A DNA stretch of 64,000 nt, from assembly GCA_045580665.1 (NCBI GenBank), contig JAZNOF010000009.1:1971-65970 (forward strand), in the 5' to 3' direction. This DNA is from Congzhengia sp. GTDB lineage: Bacteria; Bacillota; Clostridia; UBA1381; UBA9506. Shown here piece after piece: positions 32,904-42,797 of this stretch. Each line of letters begins with the position of its first letter. Positions within the stretch are counted from its first letter, which is position 1. The notes beneath the pieces were generated by a model. It was not told the origin of the DNA. It ran no database searches and saw only the letters and a list, made by a program, of their open reading frames with translations. The position numbers were made by a program, and so were the translations under genes.

Positions 32904-33575
32904 ATGGAAAATAATAACAATCAAAAAAATACAGATGAAATAAAGGACTTTGGAAGCTGTGAGGTAAAAAATTCAAGGGGTAATATCCATTGTTTGACGA
33001 TAGTTGGTGAAATTGAGGGCCATAACGTTCTTCCGCCAAGCAGTAAAGCAACAAAATATGAACATGTTCTTCCGCTTTTGGTGTCTGTTGAGCAGAACGA
33101 GGAAATTGACGGGCTTCTCCTTATTTTAAACACAATGGGCGGAGATGTTGAAGCAGGGCTTGCTATAGCTGAGCTGGTTGCCTCAATGACAAAGCCAACT
33201 GCGTCAATCGTTTTGGGCGGAGGACACAGTATCGGTGTTCCTTTAGCTGTTTCAGCTAAACGCTCGTTTATTGCAAGCTCTGCCACTATGACAGTTCACC
33301 CCGTAAGAATGAATGGTATGGTTATAGGTGCTCCGCAGACGTATGAGTATTTTAGAAATATGCAGGAGAGAATTACAAACTTTGTTGTGGCAAATTCCAA
33401 CATAAGAAAAGAAAAATTTACCGAGCTTATGATGAAAACAGGAGAAATGGCAAACGACGTCGGAAGCATTGTTTCAGGTGATGATGCGGTGTCTTGTGGA
33501 CTGATTGACGAAAAGGGAGGTCTTGACACAGCACTGGAATTTTTGTATAATGAAATAGATAAGTTAAAAAATTAA
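32904..33575 (+). CDS. tepA: ClpP-like protein TepA
   Basis: [47 protein letters not shown]. Confidence 0.88.
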   Translation: MENNNNQKNTDEIKDFGSCEVKNSRGNIHCLTIVGEIEGHNVLPPSSKATKYEHVLPLLVSVEQNEEIDGLLLILNTMGGDVEAGLAIAELVASMTKPTASIVLGGGHSIGVPLAVSAKRSFIASSATMTVHPVRMNGMVIGAPQTYEYFRNMQERITNFVVANSNIRKEKFTELMMKTGEMANDVGSIVSGDDAVSCGLIDEKGGLDTALEFLYNEIDKLKN

Positions 33576-33590
33576 CGAGGGGGAAAAACA

Positions 33591-35261
33591 ATGCTTACAG
33601 ATATAGAAATTGCACAGGGCGCAAAAATAGACCATATTAAAAATGTGGCAGAAAAGCTTGGTATAAAAGAAGACGAACTTGAGTTTTACGGAAAATTTAA
33701 AGCTAAGCTTTCGGAAGATGTATGGAACAGAGTAAAGGATAACCCTGACGGAAAGCTCGTTTTGGTTACAGCAATAAACCCAACCCCTGCAGGTGAGGGT
33801 AAAACCACAACAACAGTAGGCTTAGGTCAGGCAATGGCAAAAATAGGAAAAAATGCCGTTATTGCTCTTCGCGAACCATCCTTAGGACCCGTTATGGGCG
33901 TTAAGGGCGGTGCTGCAGGCGGCGGATATGCTCAGGTTGTGCCTATGGAGGATATAAACCTTCATTTTACAGGAGATTTTCATGCAATCACTGCTGCAAA
34001 TAACCTTTTGTGCGCTATGATTGATAATCATATTATGCAGGGCAACGAACTTGGAATTGACCCCACAAAAATTGTGTTTAAACGTGTTTTGGATATGAAT
34101 GACAGAGCACTTCGTCAGGTTGTCGTTGGTCTTGGAGGCAAAGTCAATGGATATGTAAGAGAAGACGGATTTATGATTACTGTTGCATCCGAGGTTATGG
34201 CAATTTTATGTATGGCAAGTAACCTTTCAGACTTAAAAGAAAGATTGGGAAAAATTATCGTGGGCTATACATACGACGGACGCGAAGTTAAGGCTCGTGA
34301 TATTAAAGCTGAGGGCGCAATGTGCGCACTTTTAAAGGATGCAATAAAGCCGAACATTGTTCAGACTTTGGAAAACACTCCTTGCTTAATGCACGGTGGA
34401 CCTTTTGCAAATATTGCCCATGGCTGTAACAGTATTCAGGCAACAAAAATTGCGCTTAAGCTTTCAGACTATGTTATAACGGAGGCAGGCTTTGGTGCAG
34501 ATTTGGGTGCTGAAAAATTCTTGGACATTAAGTGCAGAATTGCAGACCTTAAACCCTCTGCAACAGTTTTGGTTGCAACAGTAAGAGCTTTAAAATATAA
34601 CGGCGGAGTAGCTAAAGCAGATTTAGGTGCTGAAAACTTAGATGCTTTGAAAAAGGGTATAGTAAACTTAGGAAAGCATATTGAAAATTTAAGACAGTAC
34701 GGTATTCCTGTAATTGTTGCTATAAACAGATTTGGTCAGGACACAGATGCAGAGCTTAAGATGATTGAAGATTACTGCAAAGATAACGGTGCTGACTTTG
34801 CCCTTTCAGAAGTTTTTGCAAAAGGTGGAGAGGGTGGAATTGAGCTTGCAGAAAAGCTTGTTGATGTTATTGAAAACACAGAAAGTAACTTTGCTCCGAT
34901 TTATGATGAAAAACTTCCCATAAAAGAAAAAATAGAAACAATAGTTAAAAAGATTTACGGCGGCGAGGGCGTAACCTTTACCCCTGCGGCACAAAAACAG
35001 ATTGCCGAGCTTGAAAAGAACGGCTACGGAGAGCTTCCCGTTTGTATGGCAAAAACTCAGTATTCACTTTCTGATGATGCTAAACAGCTTGGAAGACCTA
35101 CGGGCTTTACTGTAACTGTTCGTGAAGTTCGCGCATTTGCAGGTGCAGGCTTTGTAACAGCCTATGCCGGAAATATTATGACAATGCCCGGCTTACCAAA
35201 AGAGCCTGCGGCAAACAGAATTGATATAGATGCTGACGGCACAATCGTGGGATTATTCTAA
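33591..35261 (+). CDS. fhs: Formate--tetrahydrofolate ligase
   Basis: [46 protein letters not shown]. Confidence 0.98.
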   Translation: MLTDIEIAQGAKIDHIKNVAEKLGIKEDELEFYGKFKAKLSEDVWNRVKDNPDGKLVLVTAINPTPAGEGKTTTTVGLGQAMAKIGKNAVIALREPSLGPVMGVKGGAAGGGYAQVVPMEDINLHFTGDFHAITAANNLLCAMIDNHIMQGNELGIDPTKIVFKRVLDMNDRALRQVVVGLGGKVNGYVREDGFMITVASEVMAILCMASNLSDLKERLGKIIVGYTYDGREVKARDIKAEGAMCALLKDAIKPNIVQTLENTPCLMHGGPFANIAHGCNSIQATKIALKLSDYVITEAGFGADLGAEKFLDIKCRIADLKPSATVLVATVRALKYNGGVAKADLGAENLDALKKGIVNLGKHIENLRQYGIPVIVAINRFGQDTDAELKMIEDYCKDNGADFALSEVFAKGGEGGIELAEKLVDVIENTESNFAPIYDEKLPIKEKIETIVKKIYGGEGVTFTPAAQKQIAELEKNGYGELPVCMAKTQYSLSDDAKQLGRPTGFTVTVREVRAFAGAGFVTAYAGNIMTMPGLPKEPAANRIDIDADGTIVGLF

Positions 35262-35266
35262 ATAAT

Positions 35267-35300
35267 AAAAAGCCTATGTGATAAAATCACATAGGCTTTC
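35267..35300. terminator. Bidirectional terminator
   Basis: aaagcctatgtga...tcacataggcttt between convergent genes. Confidence 0.75.
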
Positions 35301-35303
35301 ATG

Positions 35304-35855
35304 TTACTTAGAAAGCTTTTCAATTATTGAAGAATATAACCCAATGGGGTTTTCGTTAAAGCCTTGTCTTAGTTCAATGGCTTTTTCACGGCTCCCTGCA
35401 AAGATTGACATTTTTAAAAGCTCGCTGTTTCCCTCTTTAAGCTCAATGTCGAGGTTGTAACGGTCTTTTCCTAACGGGATAATCTCGCATTTTACCTGAG
35501 ATTTTTCTTCTTCGCGCTTAAAGTATTCGTCAATAGTGTCTTTGATTGAGGAACGGACACTTGCCATTATTTTATCCTCAAACATATCAATAAGTTCTTT
35601 TCCCTGCTCGGTTAAATCATACTTTTCAATTTCATCACGCCAGACCTTTTTTGCGTAGTTGTCGGAAAAAATCTCGTCAATAGCAGAGCAAAGGTCCATA
35701 AAATTAACGCTTGTAGCAGTAAGCATAAAATGCTTTATTTCAATATCGGAAATGGGAATGTCAGCATATTTTATACAGAATAAAAGCGAAAGCTTAATCT
35801 CAGCAACATCGTTTAGCCTGTAATACACATTGTCCCACATATTTTTCTTCATCAT
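35304..35855 (-). CDS. DUF4364-like winged-helix protein
   Basis: KL.LLF, NFMDL, Y.LT.QGKE, terminal NP..LYS.II pattern. Confidence 0.7.
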   Translation of the reverse strand: MMKKNMWDNVYYRLNDVAEIKLSLLFCIKYADIPISDIEIKHFMLTATSVNFMDLCSAIDEIFSDNYAKKVWRDEIEKYDLTEQGKELIDMFEDKIMASVRSSIKDTIDEYFKREEEKSQVKCEIIPLGKDRYNLDIELKEGNSELLKMSIFAGSREKAIELRQGFNENPIGLYSSIIEKLSK

Positions 35856-35873
35856 AACACATCCTTTAAAGTC

Positions 35874-35943
35874 ATTATAGCAAAATTATTAAAAATAGTC
35901 AATACGCAGTATTATTGACAAAAAAAGTATGAAATGCTATACT
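35874..35943. promoter_or_regulatory. Back-to-back divergent sigma-A promoters
   Basis: Minus TTGACT-17 bp-TATAAT (35902-35874) and plus TTGACA-17 bp-TATACT (35915-35943), both with TGn. Confidence 0.75.
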
Positions 35944-35975
35944 CTTAAATAGATGTTGTTGAAAGGAAAGCTTGT

Positions 35976-36650
35976 ATGAATATAGAAAAAGAGCTTTTTA
36001 AACTTAAAGATTTAAAATATAAAGAATTTCATGCTCGCCTTATGCCAACGATAAACTCCGATTTAATTATCGGCGTAAGGATACCTGCTTTGAGAAAATT
36101 TGCAAAAGATTTTTCCAAAACGGAAGAAAGCAATGTATTTTTAAATTCACTTCCACACAAATACTACGAGGAAAATAATCTTCACGCATTTTTAATAGAG
36201 GAAATAAAAGATTTTGATGTGGCGCTAAAAGAAACTGAAAAGTTTCTTCCTTACATTGATAACTGGGCAACCTGCGACAGTTTTTTTCCTAAAGTTTTTA
36301 AAAATCACAAAGAAGAAATGGCAAAAAAAGCTTATGAATGGATAGACTCAGGTAAAACATATACGGTAAGATATGGCATCGGAATTTTAATGAGGCTCTT
36401 TTTAGACGAAGATTTTAACGTTTTGTATTTAAAAAAAGTGGCTGAAATAAAATCAGAAGAATACTACATAAAGATGATGATAGCGTGGTATTTTGCCACA
36501 GCTTTGGCAAAACAGTATGATTACGCACACAAATATCTTTTAAATAATAAATTAGATTTGTGGACTCACAATAAAACGATACAGAAAGCGGTTGAAAGCT
36601 TTCGCATACCGAAAGAAACAAAGGAATATTTAAAAACACTTAAAAGGTGA
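35976..36650 (+). CDS. DNA alkylation repair protein (AlkD-like)
   Basis: IGVRIPALR, LPHKYYEE, IDNWATCD, YYIKMMIAWYFATAL. Confidence 0.88.
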   Translation: MNIEKELFKLKDLKYKEFHARLMPTINSDLIIGVRIPALRKFAKDFSKTEESNVFLNSLPHKYYEENNLHAFLIEEIKDFDVALKETEKFLPYIDNWATCDSFFPKVFKNHKEEMAKKAYEWIDSGKTYTVRYGIGILMRLFLDEDFNVLYLKKVAEIKSEEYYIKMMIAWYFATALAKQYDYAHKYLLNNKLDLWTHNKTIQKAVESFRIPKETKEYLKTLKR

Positions 36651-36654
36651 CAAA

Positions 36655-37416
36655 ATGGAAATAAAAAAAATTGAGTCTTTGCAAAATGAATATGTAAAAA
36701 AGCTTGTAAAGCTTAAGCAGAAAAAACACAGAGAAGAAATGTCGTTATTTATAGTTGAGGGCGAGCGCTCCTGTAGTGATGCGCTTAATTCTTCATTTTC
36801 TGTTGAAAATGTTGTTATGAGCGAAAGCTTTTATGAAAATAAAAATAGCTTTAGATGTGAAAATATAATTGTTGTAACAGACAAAATTTTTGAATCTTTA
36901 AGCGACACGAAAACCCCACAGGGGGTTTTGGCAGTTTTAAAAACGCCAGAAGAAAAGGAAATTAAAGAGGGAAGATATATTTATTGCGATGCGGTTCAAG
37001 ACCCGGGTAATGCCGGAACGATTATGCGTTCTGCTGATGCTTTTGGCTTTTCGGGAGTTATTTTTGGAAAAGGCTCGGTGGATGTTTTCTCACCTAAAGT
37101 TATCCGCTCAACCATGGGTTCGATTTTTCATATTGACGTTTGGCAGAACTTTGAAAAAAGTGATTTAGAGAAATTAAAGCTTAAAGGCTTTAAAATATCA
37201 GCAAGTGCTCTGACCGGCGAAAGTGTGACATCAAAGGAAATGAAAACAGAAAAAAATCATATTTTCGTTGTGGGTAACGAAGGTGCAGGGGTTTCAAAAG
37301 AAATTTTAGATTTAGCTGATGAAATAGTTTATATAAAAATGCAGGGTGAGGCAGAATCCTTAAACGCAGGCGTTGCGGCATCAATTCTGATGTATGAGGT
37401 GTCGCGAGATGAATAA
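36655..37416 (+). CDS. TrmH/SpoU family RNA methyltransferase
   Basis: FIVEG, QDPGNAGTIMRSA, GNEGAGVS, ESLNAGVA. Confidence 0.93.
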   Translation: MEIKKIESLQNEYVKKLVKLKQKKHREEMSLFIVEGERSCSDALNSSFSVENVVMSESFYENKNSFRCENIIVVTDKIFESLSDTKTPQGVLAVLKTPEEKEIKEGRYIYCDAVQDPGNAGTIMRSADAFGFSGVIFGKGSVDVFSPKVIRSTMGSIFHIDVWQNFEKSDLEKLKLKGFKISASALTGESVTSKEMKTEKNHIFVVGNEGAGVSKEILDLADEIVYIKMQGEAESLNAGVAASILMYEVSRDE

Positions 37417-37870
37417 GTTTATGGATTTAGCGATAGATGAAGCAAAAAAAGCAATGCAGGCGGGCGAAGTTCCTGTTGGCGCGGCGGTTTTTAAAGGTAA
37501 TAAACTAATCGCAAGTGCCCACAATCTGACAGAACAGACAGGGGATACTACGGCTCACGCAGAATTTCTTGCAATGAAAAAAGCAAGAGAAGTGCTCAGC
37601 ACAAAATACCTAACCGATTGCAGTTTATATGTAACGTTAGAGCCCTGCGCAATGTGTTCAGGAGCGGCGCACCTTTATAAAATAGGCAAAATCTATTTTG
37701 GTGCATACGATTATAAAAACGGCGCATTAGGCGGAAAAGTTGACGTTATAAGAGAAGGGCTTTTTGATTTTAAACCTGAGGTTTATGGCGGAATTGAAGA
37801 ACTTCGTTGCGAAAAAATATTAAAAGAATTTTTTGAGAATATAAGAAAGGGGAAGGATTGTGAGAAGTAG
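37409..37870 (+). CDS. tadA: tRNA adenosine(34) deaminase
   Basis: GEVPVGA, AHAE, LEPCAMC; start by GAGGTG RBS. Confidence 0.88.
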   Translation: MNKFMDLAIDEAKKAMQAGEVPVGAAVFKGNKLIASAHNLTEQTGDTTAHAEFLAMKKAREVLSTKYLTDCSLYVTLEPCAMCSGAAHLYKIGKIYFGAYDYKNGALGGKVDVIREGLFDFKPEVYGGIEELRCEKILKEFFENIRKGKDCEK

Positions 37871-38336
37871 TGTTAAAAGAGCAGAAATGGATTTAATCTT
37901 CCCCGTAATAGAAGAAATTATAAAAAACGGACAAACCGCAAAAATAAAGGTTTCAGGTACAAGTATGTATCCACTTGTTCAGCACAGACGTGATAGCGTG
38001 GTTTTAAGGGCTGCGGGGGAACTCAAAAAAGGCGATGTTCCTTTATATAGGCGCCCTGAGGGGAAATACGTTCTTCACAGAATTGTCAAAGTAACCGACG
38101 AGGGCTACGGAATAATGGGCGACTTTGAAACCGAGGTTGAATATCCTGTAAAAAAAGATGCCGTTGTCGCCGTTGCCGAGGGCTTTTACAGAAAAGGAAA
38201 CTACATTTCCTGCGACAGCTTGTGGTATAAAATTTATTGGAGAGTGTGGGGCGTTTTAAGACCTGTAAGACCTTTGATGATTAAAATCATCCGTTTTATA
38301 GGAAAACTCAGAAAAATGATAAAAGGTGAAAAATAA
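37860..38336 (+). CDS. S24/S26 family peptidase-like protein
   Basis: GTSMYP (Ser), GDV, VLHRI (His), MGD motifs; no N-terminal TM segment. Confidence 0.75.
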   Translation: MRSSVKRAEMDLIFPVIEEIIKNGQTAKIKVSGTSMYPLVQHRRDSVVLRAAGELKKGDVPLYRRPEGKYVLHRIVKVTDEGYGIMGDFETEVEYPVKKDAVVAVAEGFYRKGNYISCDSLWYKIYWRVWGVLRPVRPLMIKIIRFIGKLRKMIKGEK

Positions 38337-38512
38337 TGGATATTTTATGCGAAAACTGTATGAATTTAGCATACGATGATGAAATGGAAGATTATGTTTG
38401 CAATATAAACTTAGATGAAGACGAGCTTGCGGCATTTTTGCAAAGTAAGCATAAGAAATGTCCATACTACCGATTTGGCGATGATTATACGATTGTGAAG
38501 AAACAAAACTAA
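38336..38512 (+). CDS. Small Cys-containing acidic protein (DUF6472-like, 58 aa), absent from the ORF track
   Basis: TAATG coupling; MDILCENCMNLAYDDEMEDYVCNINLDEDE...CPYYRFGDDYTIVKKQN. Confidence 0.8.
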   Translation: MDILCENCMNLAYDDEMEDYVCNINLDEDELAAFLQSKHKKCPYYRFGDDYTIVKKQN

Positions 38513-38537
38513 GAGGTGGCAAAAGCCACCTCTTTTT
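38511..38537. terminator. Bidirectional terminator
   Basis: aagaggtggc-aaaa-gccacctcttttt. Confidence 0.75.
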
Positions 38538-39675
38538 AATACCCGAAAAACATATATGAATTAAGTTTTTTAAACATTCTCCAAAAGCCTAAGCTTTGAA
38601 CCTCATCTTTTGCAACAATGTCTGATTTTCCGATTGATTTTCCGTCTATAAAAAACTCAACCTCGCCGATTTTATCGTTTTCGCGGATTGGTGCGTTAAC
38701 AGTTTCGGGCAGAGTAATCTTTTTCTCAACACTGTTTATTTTAGATTTTTCGAGTAATACACTAAAACCATCAGCCATTCCTATTTTAACCTTATTTTCC
38801 GTGCCTTTTGTAACAGAAATGTCAGGAAGCTCATCTTCTTTAACCAAAGAATTTGAAATTGTGTAATTTGCAAAGCCGTAGTCTAAAAGCTTTGTGGCAT
38901 CAGCGAAGCGTTCTTTTGATGATGGAGCGCCCATAATTACGGCAATCAAGTCCATATTGTCACGTTTTGCTGAGGCGCTTATACAAAAGCCTGCGTCACT
39001 TGTTGAGCCTGTTTTTAAACCTGTTGCGCCTGAGTAAAAACGAATGAGTTTATTTGTATTAACCAACCCGAATTCGCCGTTTCGTAGTGTATCCATCCAG
39101 ACAGTTGTGTAGTCAAAAATCTTGGGGTGAGTAATCAGCTCTCGTGACATCTGCGAAATGTCATAAGCTGAGGTTAAGTGATTAGGGTCGTGAAGTCCGT
39201 TACAATTTACGAAGTTCGTATCTCTCATACCGAGCTCTTTTGCTCGTTCATTCATTTTTTGAACAAACCCTTCATGAGACCCTGCGGTAAATTCTGCTAA
39301 AGCTACTGCAGCATCGTTTCCTGATGCAACAGCAACTGCCTTTAACATATCGTTAACGCTCATTTCCTCATTTTCTTCCAAAAATACCTGTGAGCCGCCC
39401 ATTGATGCGGCTAAAGGAGAAGTTCTTACCATATCTTCTAACTTGAACCGTCCGCTGTCTAACCCCTCCATCACCAAAAGCATAGTCATAATCTTGGTTA
39501 CGCTTGCGGGAGGGAGCTTGTCGTGAGGTGCTTTTTCATATAAAATTGAGTTTGTTTTTGGCTCAATTAGAATTGCAGATTTTGCAGAAAGCTCAAGCGC
39601 AGCGTTTTCAGCGAATACAGATAACGGGCATACTAAAATTAAAAAACATAAAAATAAAGGTAACAGCTTTTTCAT
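38536..39675 (-). CDS. D-alanyl-D-alanine carboxypeptidase (peptidase S11, DacF-like)
   Basis: Signal peptide, ASVTK (SxxK), SGN, KTG, MGGSQVFLE, PBP5 C-terminal domain. Confidence 0.92.
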   Translation of the reverse strand: MKKLLPLFLCFLILVCPLSVFAENAALELSAKSAILIEPKTNSILYEKAPHDKLPPASVTKIMTMLLVMEGLDSGRFKLEDMVRTSPLAASMGGSQVFLEENEEMSVNDMLKAVAVASGNDAAVALAEFTAGSHEGFVQKMNERAKELGMRDTNFVNCNGLHDPNHLTSAYDISQMSRELITHPKIFDYTTVWMDTLRNGEFGLVNTNKLIRFYSGATGLKTGSTSDAGFCISASAKRDNMDLIAVIMGAPSSKERFADATKLLDYGFANYTISNSLVKEDELPDISVTKGTENKVKIGMADGFSVLLEKSKINSVEKKITLPETVNAPIRENDKIGEVEFFIDGKSIGKSDIVAKDEVQSLGFWRMFKKLNSYMFFGY

Positions 39676-39734
39676 AAATACAAACCTTTCTGTTTGTTTA
39701 TTTTACTGTTACCTATTTTATGTTTTAAATTGTA

Positions 39735-40274
39735 TTAATAGAACATGGCTTTTAAAACACGCTTAGCACTAACACCTTTACCTAATGCGGTGGCAATAGC
39801 CAAAGCAAAGTCCTGAGTTATTCCTGCACCCTTTGCGGTGATAAAGTTTTTATCGCAAACAATATTTTTGTGCTTTGTAACGGCATTAAAGAGTCTTGCC
39901 TCAAAACCGGGGTAGCAGGTAGCCTTAACACCTGATAAAAGACCGATAGAGCCTAAAACCTTGGGAGCTGCACAAATTGCGGCAAGAATTTTTCCCTCTT
40001 TTGATTTTTTTACTAAAAGCTCGCGAAGGGGTTTAAAGTTTTCTAAATTGTCTGCTCCCGGAAGACCGCCCGGTAAAATCAGCGCATCAATTTCATCTTC
40101 TCTTATTTCAGAAAACAAAATGTCAGCAAAAACCTTGATTCCATGAGTTCCCATAACCTCTAAGCTTTCAGTTATCGAAACGGTTTTTACATCGAGTTCG
40201 CATCTTCTTAAAATATCAACAGTGCCTAAAGCCTCGATTTCTTCAAAGCCATCTGCCAAAAATAAATATACCAT
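39735..40274 (-). CDS. DJ-1/PfpI (YajL/ThiJ) family protein
   Basis: GFEEIE, LPGG, AAICAAP, TCYPG. Confidence 0.93.
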   Translation of the reverse strand: MVYLFLADGFEEIEALGTVDILRRCELDVKTVSITESLEVMGTHGIKVFADILFSEIREDEIDALILPGGLPGADNLENFKPLRELLVKKSKEGKILAAICAAPKVLGSIGLLSGVKATCYPGFEARLFNAVTKHKNIVCDKNFITAKGAGITQDFALAIATALGKGVSAKRVLKAMFY

Positions 40275-40362
40275 TTTTATTCACCTCATATTGATTATTT
40301 TTACAAAACTTGATAAAATAATTATACCGCATTTTTTTATAAAAAACAATAGAGGATTTAAA

Positions 40363-41046
40363 ATGAAACTTTTAGTAGATAACAGATACATAGATATAGC
40401 GGAGAAAAAGTGGGGTAGCGAGTTTGATGTTTTGCCGTCTTACACTTTAGAAAATGTCGACGAGCCAGTTTCCTGTCATCCTGATATGAGCATAGTTTGT
40501 GTGGGAGAGGTTTTTGTCTGCGAAAAAACATCTTTTGAATACTATAAAAAGCTTTTGCCTGATAGGGTTTTAGTTTCAGGTGAAACAGCACTTTTTCGTA
40601 ACTACCCAAGGGATATCGCATATAATGTATTGATATCCGAAAATGTAGCAATAGGTAATTTTAAATATACCGATAGCGTTGTAAAGAATGAAATAAACAA
40701 GCAAAACATAGTGGTGCAAAACACAAATCAGGGATATGCAAAGTGTGCATCCGTTTGCTTTAAAAGAAATATCATAACGGCCGACAATTCAATTTATAAT
40801 TCGGCTTTAAATCTTGGCTTAAACGCTTTGAAAATTTCTGAGGGAAACGTTTTACTTTCAGGATATAACTACGGTTTTTTGGGCGGGGCATCAGGCTTTG
40901 TGAATAACAAGGTTTTATTTTTTGGTGACATTTCGCGTCATCCTGATTTTGAAAAGATAAAGAAGTTTATAAATGAGCAAAACATTGAAATTGACTATAT
41001 AGAAAATTATCCCTTAACGGATGTTGGAACAATTATCGGTATATAA
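40363..41046 (+). CDS. Conserved hypothetical protein (DUF6873-like, possible amidinotransferase fold)
   Basis: HPDM, YPRDIAYN, QGYAKC, GYNYGFLGGA, DVGTII; start by GAGG RBS. Confidence 0.65.
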   Translation: MKLLVDNRYIDIAEKKWGSEFDVLPSYTLENVDEPVSCHPDMSIVCVGEVFVCEKTSFEYYKKLLPDRVLVSGETALFRNYPRDIAYNVLISENVAIGNFKYTDSVVKNEINKQNIVVQNTNQGYAKCASVCFKRNIITADNSIYNSALNLGLNALKISEGNVLLSGYNYGFLGGASGFVNNKVLFFGDISRHPDFEKIKKFINEQNIEIDYIENYPLTDVGTIIGI

Positions 41047-41103
41047 GAGAGTTTTTGAGTAAATAATAATTTCGGGTAAAAAGGAGTTGAGAGGTGAACC
41101 TTT

Positions 41104-41898
41104 TTGGAGGATTTTATAGAGCTTAAGCTGAAAAAATTCAAAGCTCTTTCAGAAGAACAAATTATTTCAGATAAAAGATTTCCTGTTAAGGTTTTAGCAC
41201 GTGAAGGAGAAGAAATCTCTGTTATCTTAACACCTGACGGAAACAGAGCAATATATGAGTGTTACTTAACAGAGCTTTCAGACTTTATTATAAACAGATA
41301 CGAAAGTAAATTGCTAAAAAGGATTATTCTATCAAAGTACAGTGATATATTGCAGTATCAGGTATGTGACATTTTAAATAAAATATACGAGGTTGAAGAT
41401 GATGAAGAATTAGGGTATAGAAAAAGGCTTTACACTATAAAAGACGAGCTTATAGAATATTTTAAGAAAGACAAACGGGCGCGTGTTACGGGACTTGTGC
41501 TTTTCAGGCTCCCTTTATACATTGAAATTTTAGAAAAATGTGCAGACAGAATGGTTGAGTCTTTCTACACAGAAAGAGAATACGAAGATTTTATAGGTCT
41601 TTTGAAATATTTTGTAAATGTTCAGGGCGACCGCCCAAGGCTTATTCACTTATACGTTCACAAGCAGGGAATGTATACTGTTTTAGACGAAAATAATGAG
41701 GACATAACCGAGAAGTGCATAGCGGATTTTGGCGGTGTTGAAGAAACGCCCTACGAAAATTTTGACGACTTATTAATAAGCGTGCTGATTACCTTGGCAC
41801 CTGAGAAAATAGTTATTCATAACGGTGAAAATATAAAAAACAGAGAACTTTTTGATACCATAAAGAGAGTGTTTGGAAAGGTTGAATATTCCATTTAA
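41104..41898 (+). CDS. ytxC: Putative sporulation protein YtxC
   Basis: GLVLFRL, EREYEDFIGLLKYFV, DDLLISVLITLAPEKIVIH, TIKRVF. Confidence 0.85.
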   Translation: MEDFIELKLKKFKALSEEQIISDKRFPVKVLAREGEEISVILTPDGNRAIYECYLTELSDFIINRYESKLLKRIILSKYSDILQYQVCDILNKIYEVEDDEELGYRKRLYTIKDELIEYFKKDKRARVTGLVLFRLPLYIEILEKCADRMVESFYTEREYEDFIGLLKYFVNVQGDRPRLIHLYVHKQGMYTVLDENNEDITEKCIADFGGVEETPYENFDDLLISVLITLAPEKIVIHNGENIKNRELFDTIKRVFGKVEYSI

Positions 41899-41927
41899 AA
41901 AAGGTGCTTTTAAAAGCACCTTTTTTT
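41897..41927. terminator. Bidirectional terminator
   Basis: aaaaaaggtgctttt-aaaagcacctttttt palindrome. Confidence 0.7.
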
Positions 41928-42780
41928 AAATGTTTAATAATGTTAATATAAGTCCTGAAATCAAGCCTAGCGAGTAAAGTAAAATCAAAACCGAGAAATT
42001 CTCTTTTGCATTTTTGTTAAGCTTAAAAAGAACAATCAGACCAACACCCGCACCTGCGCAAAGTCCGCCGATGAGCGCAGAAAGCGTTAAAACACCTTCT
42101 ATGTAAAGCTCAGTTAAAAGAACTGATGCGGCGCAGTTGGGAATTAAGGCAATCAAAGGTGTTAAAAACGGCTGAAGCCATTTGTTTACTGAAAGAAATT
42201 CCTTTGGCACAAACTCTGTTAAAAATCCCAATGCAACAGAAATCACGAATATGAATACAAATATTTTAACAACGTGAATAATCGTAGATTTTAATATTCC
42301 ATCGTGACAACTTTCGCAGTTTCCGTGAAAATGATGATGTTTTTCGTGTTCTTCTTCGCAGTGACGGTGTTGTACTTTTTGGTTTCTTACTATAAAATCA
42401 ATTAAAAAGCCAAAAACTACTGCAAATAAAAATTTTGAGGCAATAAGTATAAGCATTTGAGGCAGAAAGTGTGGCTCTGCCAAAAGCATAGGGATTGCCT
42501 CGTCGCTTGTTGCAATGAAAACTGCAATAATTGTACCTAATGAGATTAGGTGCTTTGCATAAAGTTCCGACGCAATAACTGAAAATCCGCACTGAGGAAT
42601 ACACCCGAAAATACCGCCTAAAAGAGGACCTGCTTTTTCCGATTTCATAAAGATGTGATGGGCTTTATTGTTATTTTTGTGCTCTAAATATTCAATTAAA
42701 AGATAAATTATGAAAAGTGAGGGCAAAACCTTTAAGGTGTCAAAAAAGGAATGCTCTAAAACGTGAAGTATCTCGTGCAT
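41926..42780 (-). CDS. Putative manganese/metal transporter family membrane protein
   Basis: IPQCGFSV, ATSDEAIP, His-rich loop, IPNCAASV; start by AAGG RBS. Confidence 0.8.
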   Translation of the reverse strand: MHEILHVLEHSFFDTLKVLPSLFIIYLLIEYLEHKNNNKAHHIFMKSEKAGPLLGGIFGCIPQCGFSVIASELYAKHLISLGTIIAVFIATSDEAIPMLLAEPHFLPQMLILIASKFLFAVVFGFLIDFIVRNQKVQHRHCEEEHEKHHHFHGNCESCHDGILKSTIIHVVKIFVFIFVISVALGFLTEFVPKEFLSVNKWLQPFLTPLIALIPNCAASVLLTELYIEGVLTLSALIGGLCAGAGVGLIVLFKLNKNAKENFSVLILLYSLGLISGLILTLLNI

Positions 42781-42797
42781 AAAAACCTTCCTTAAGT

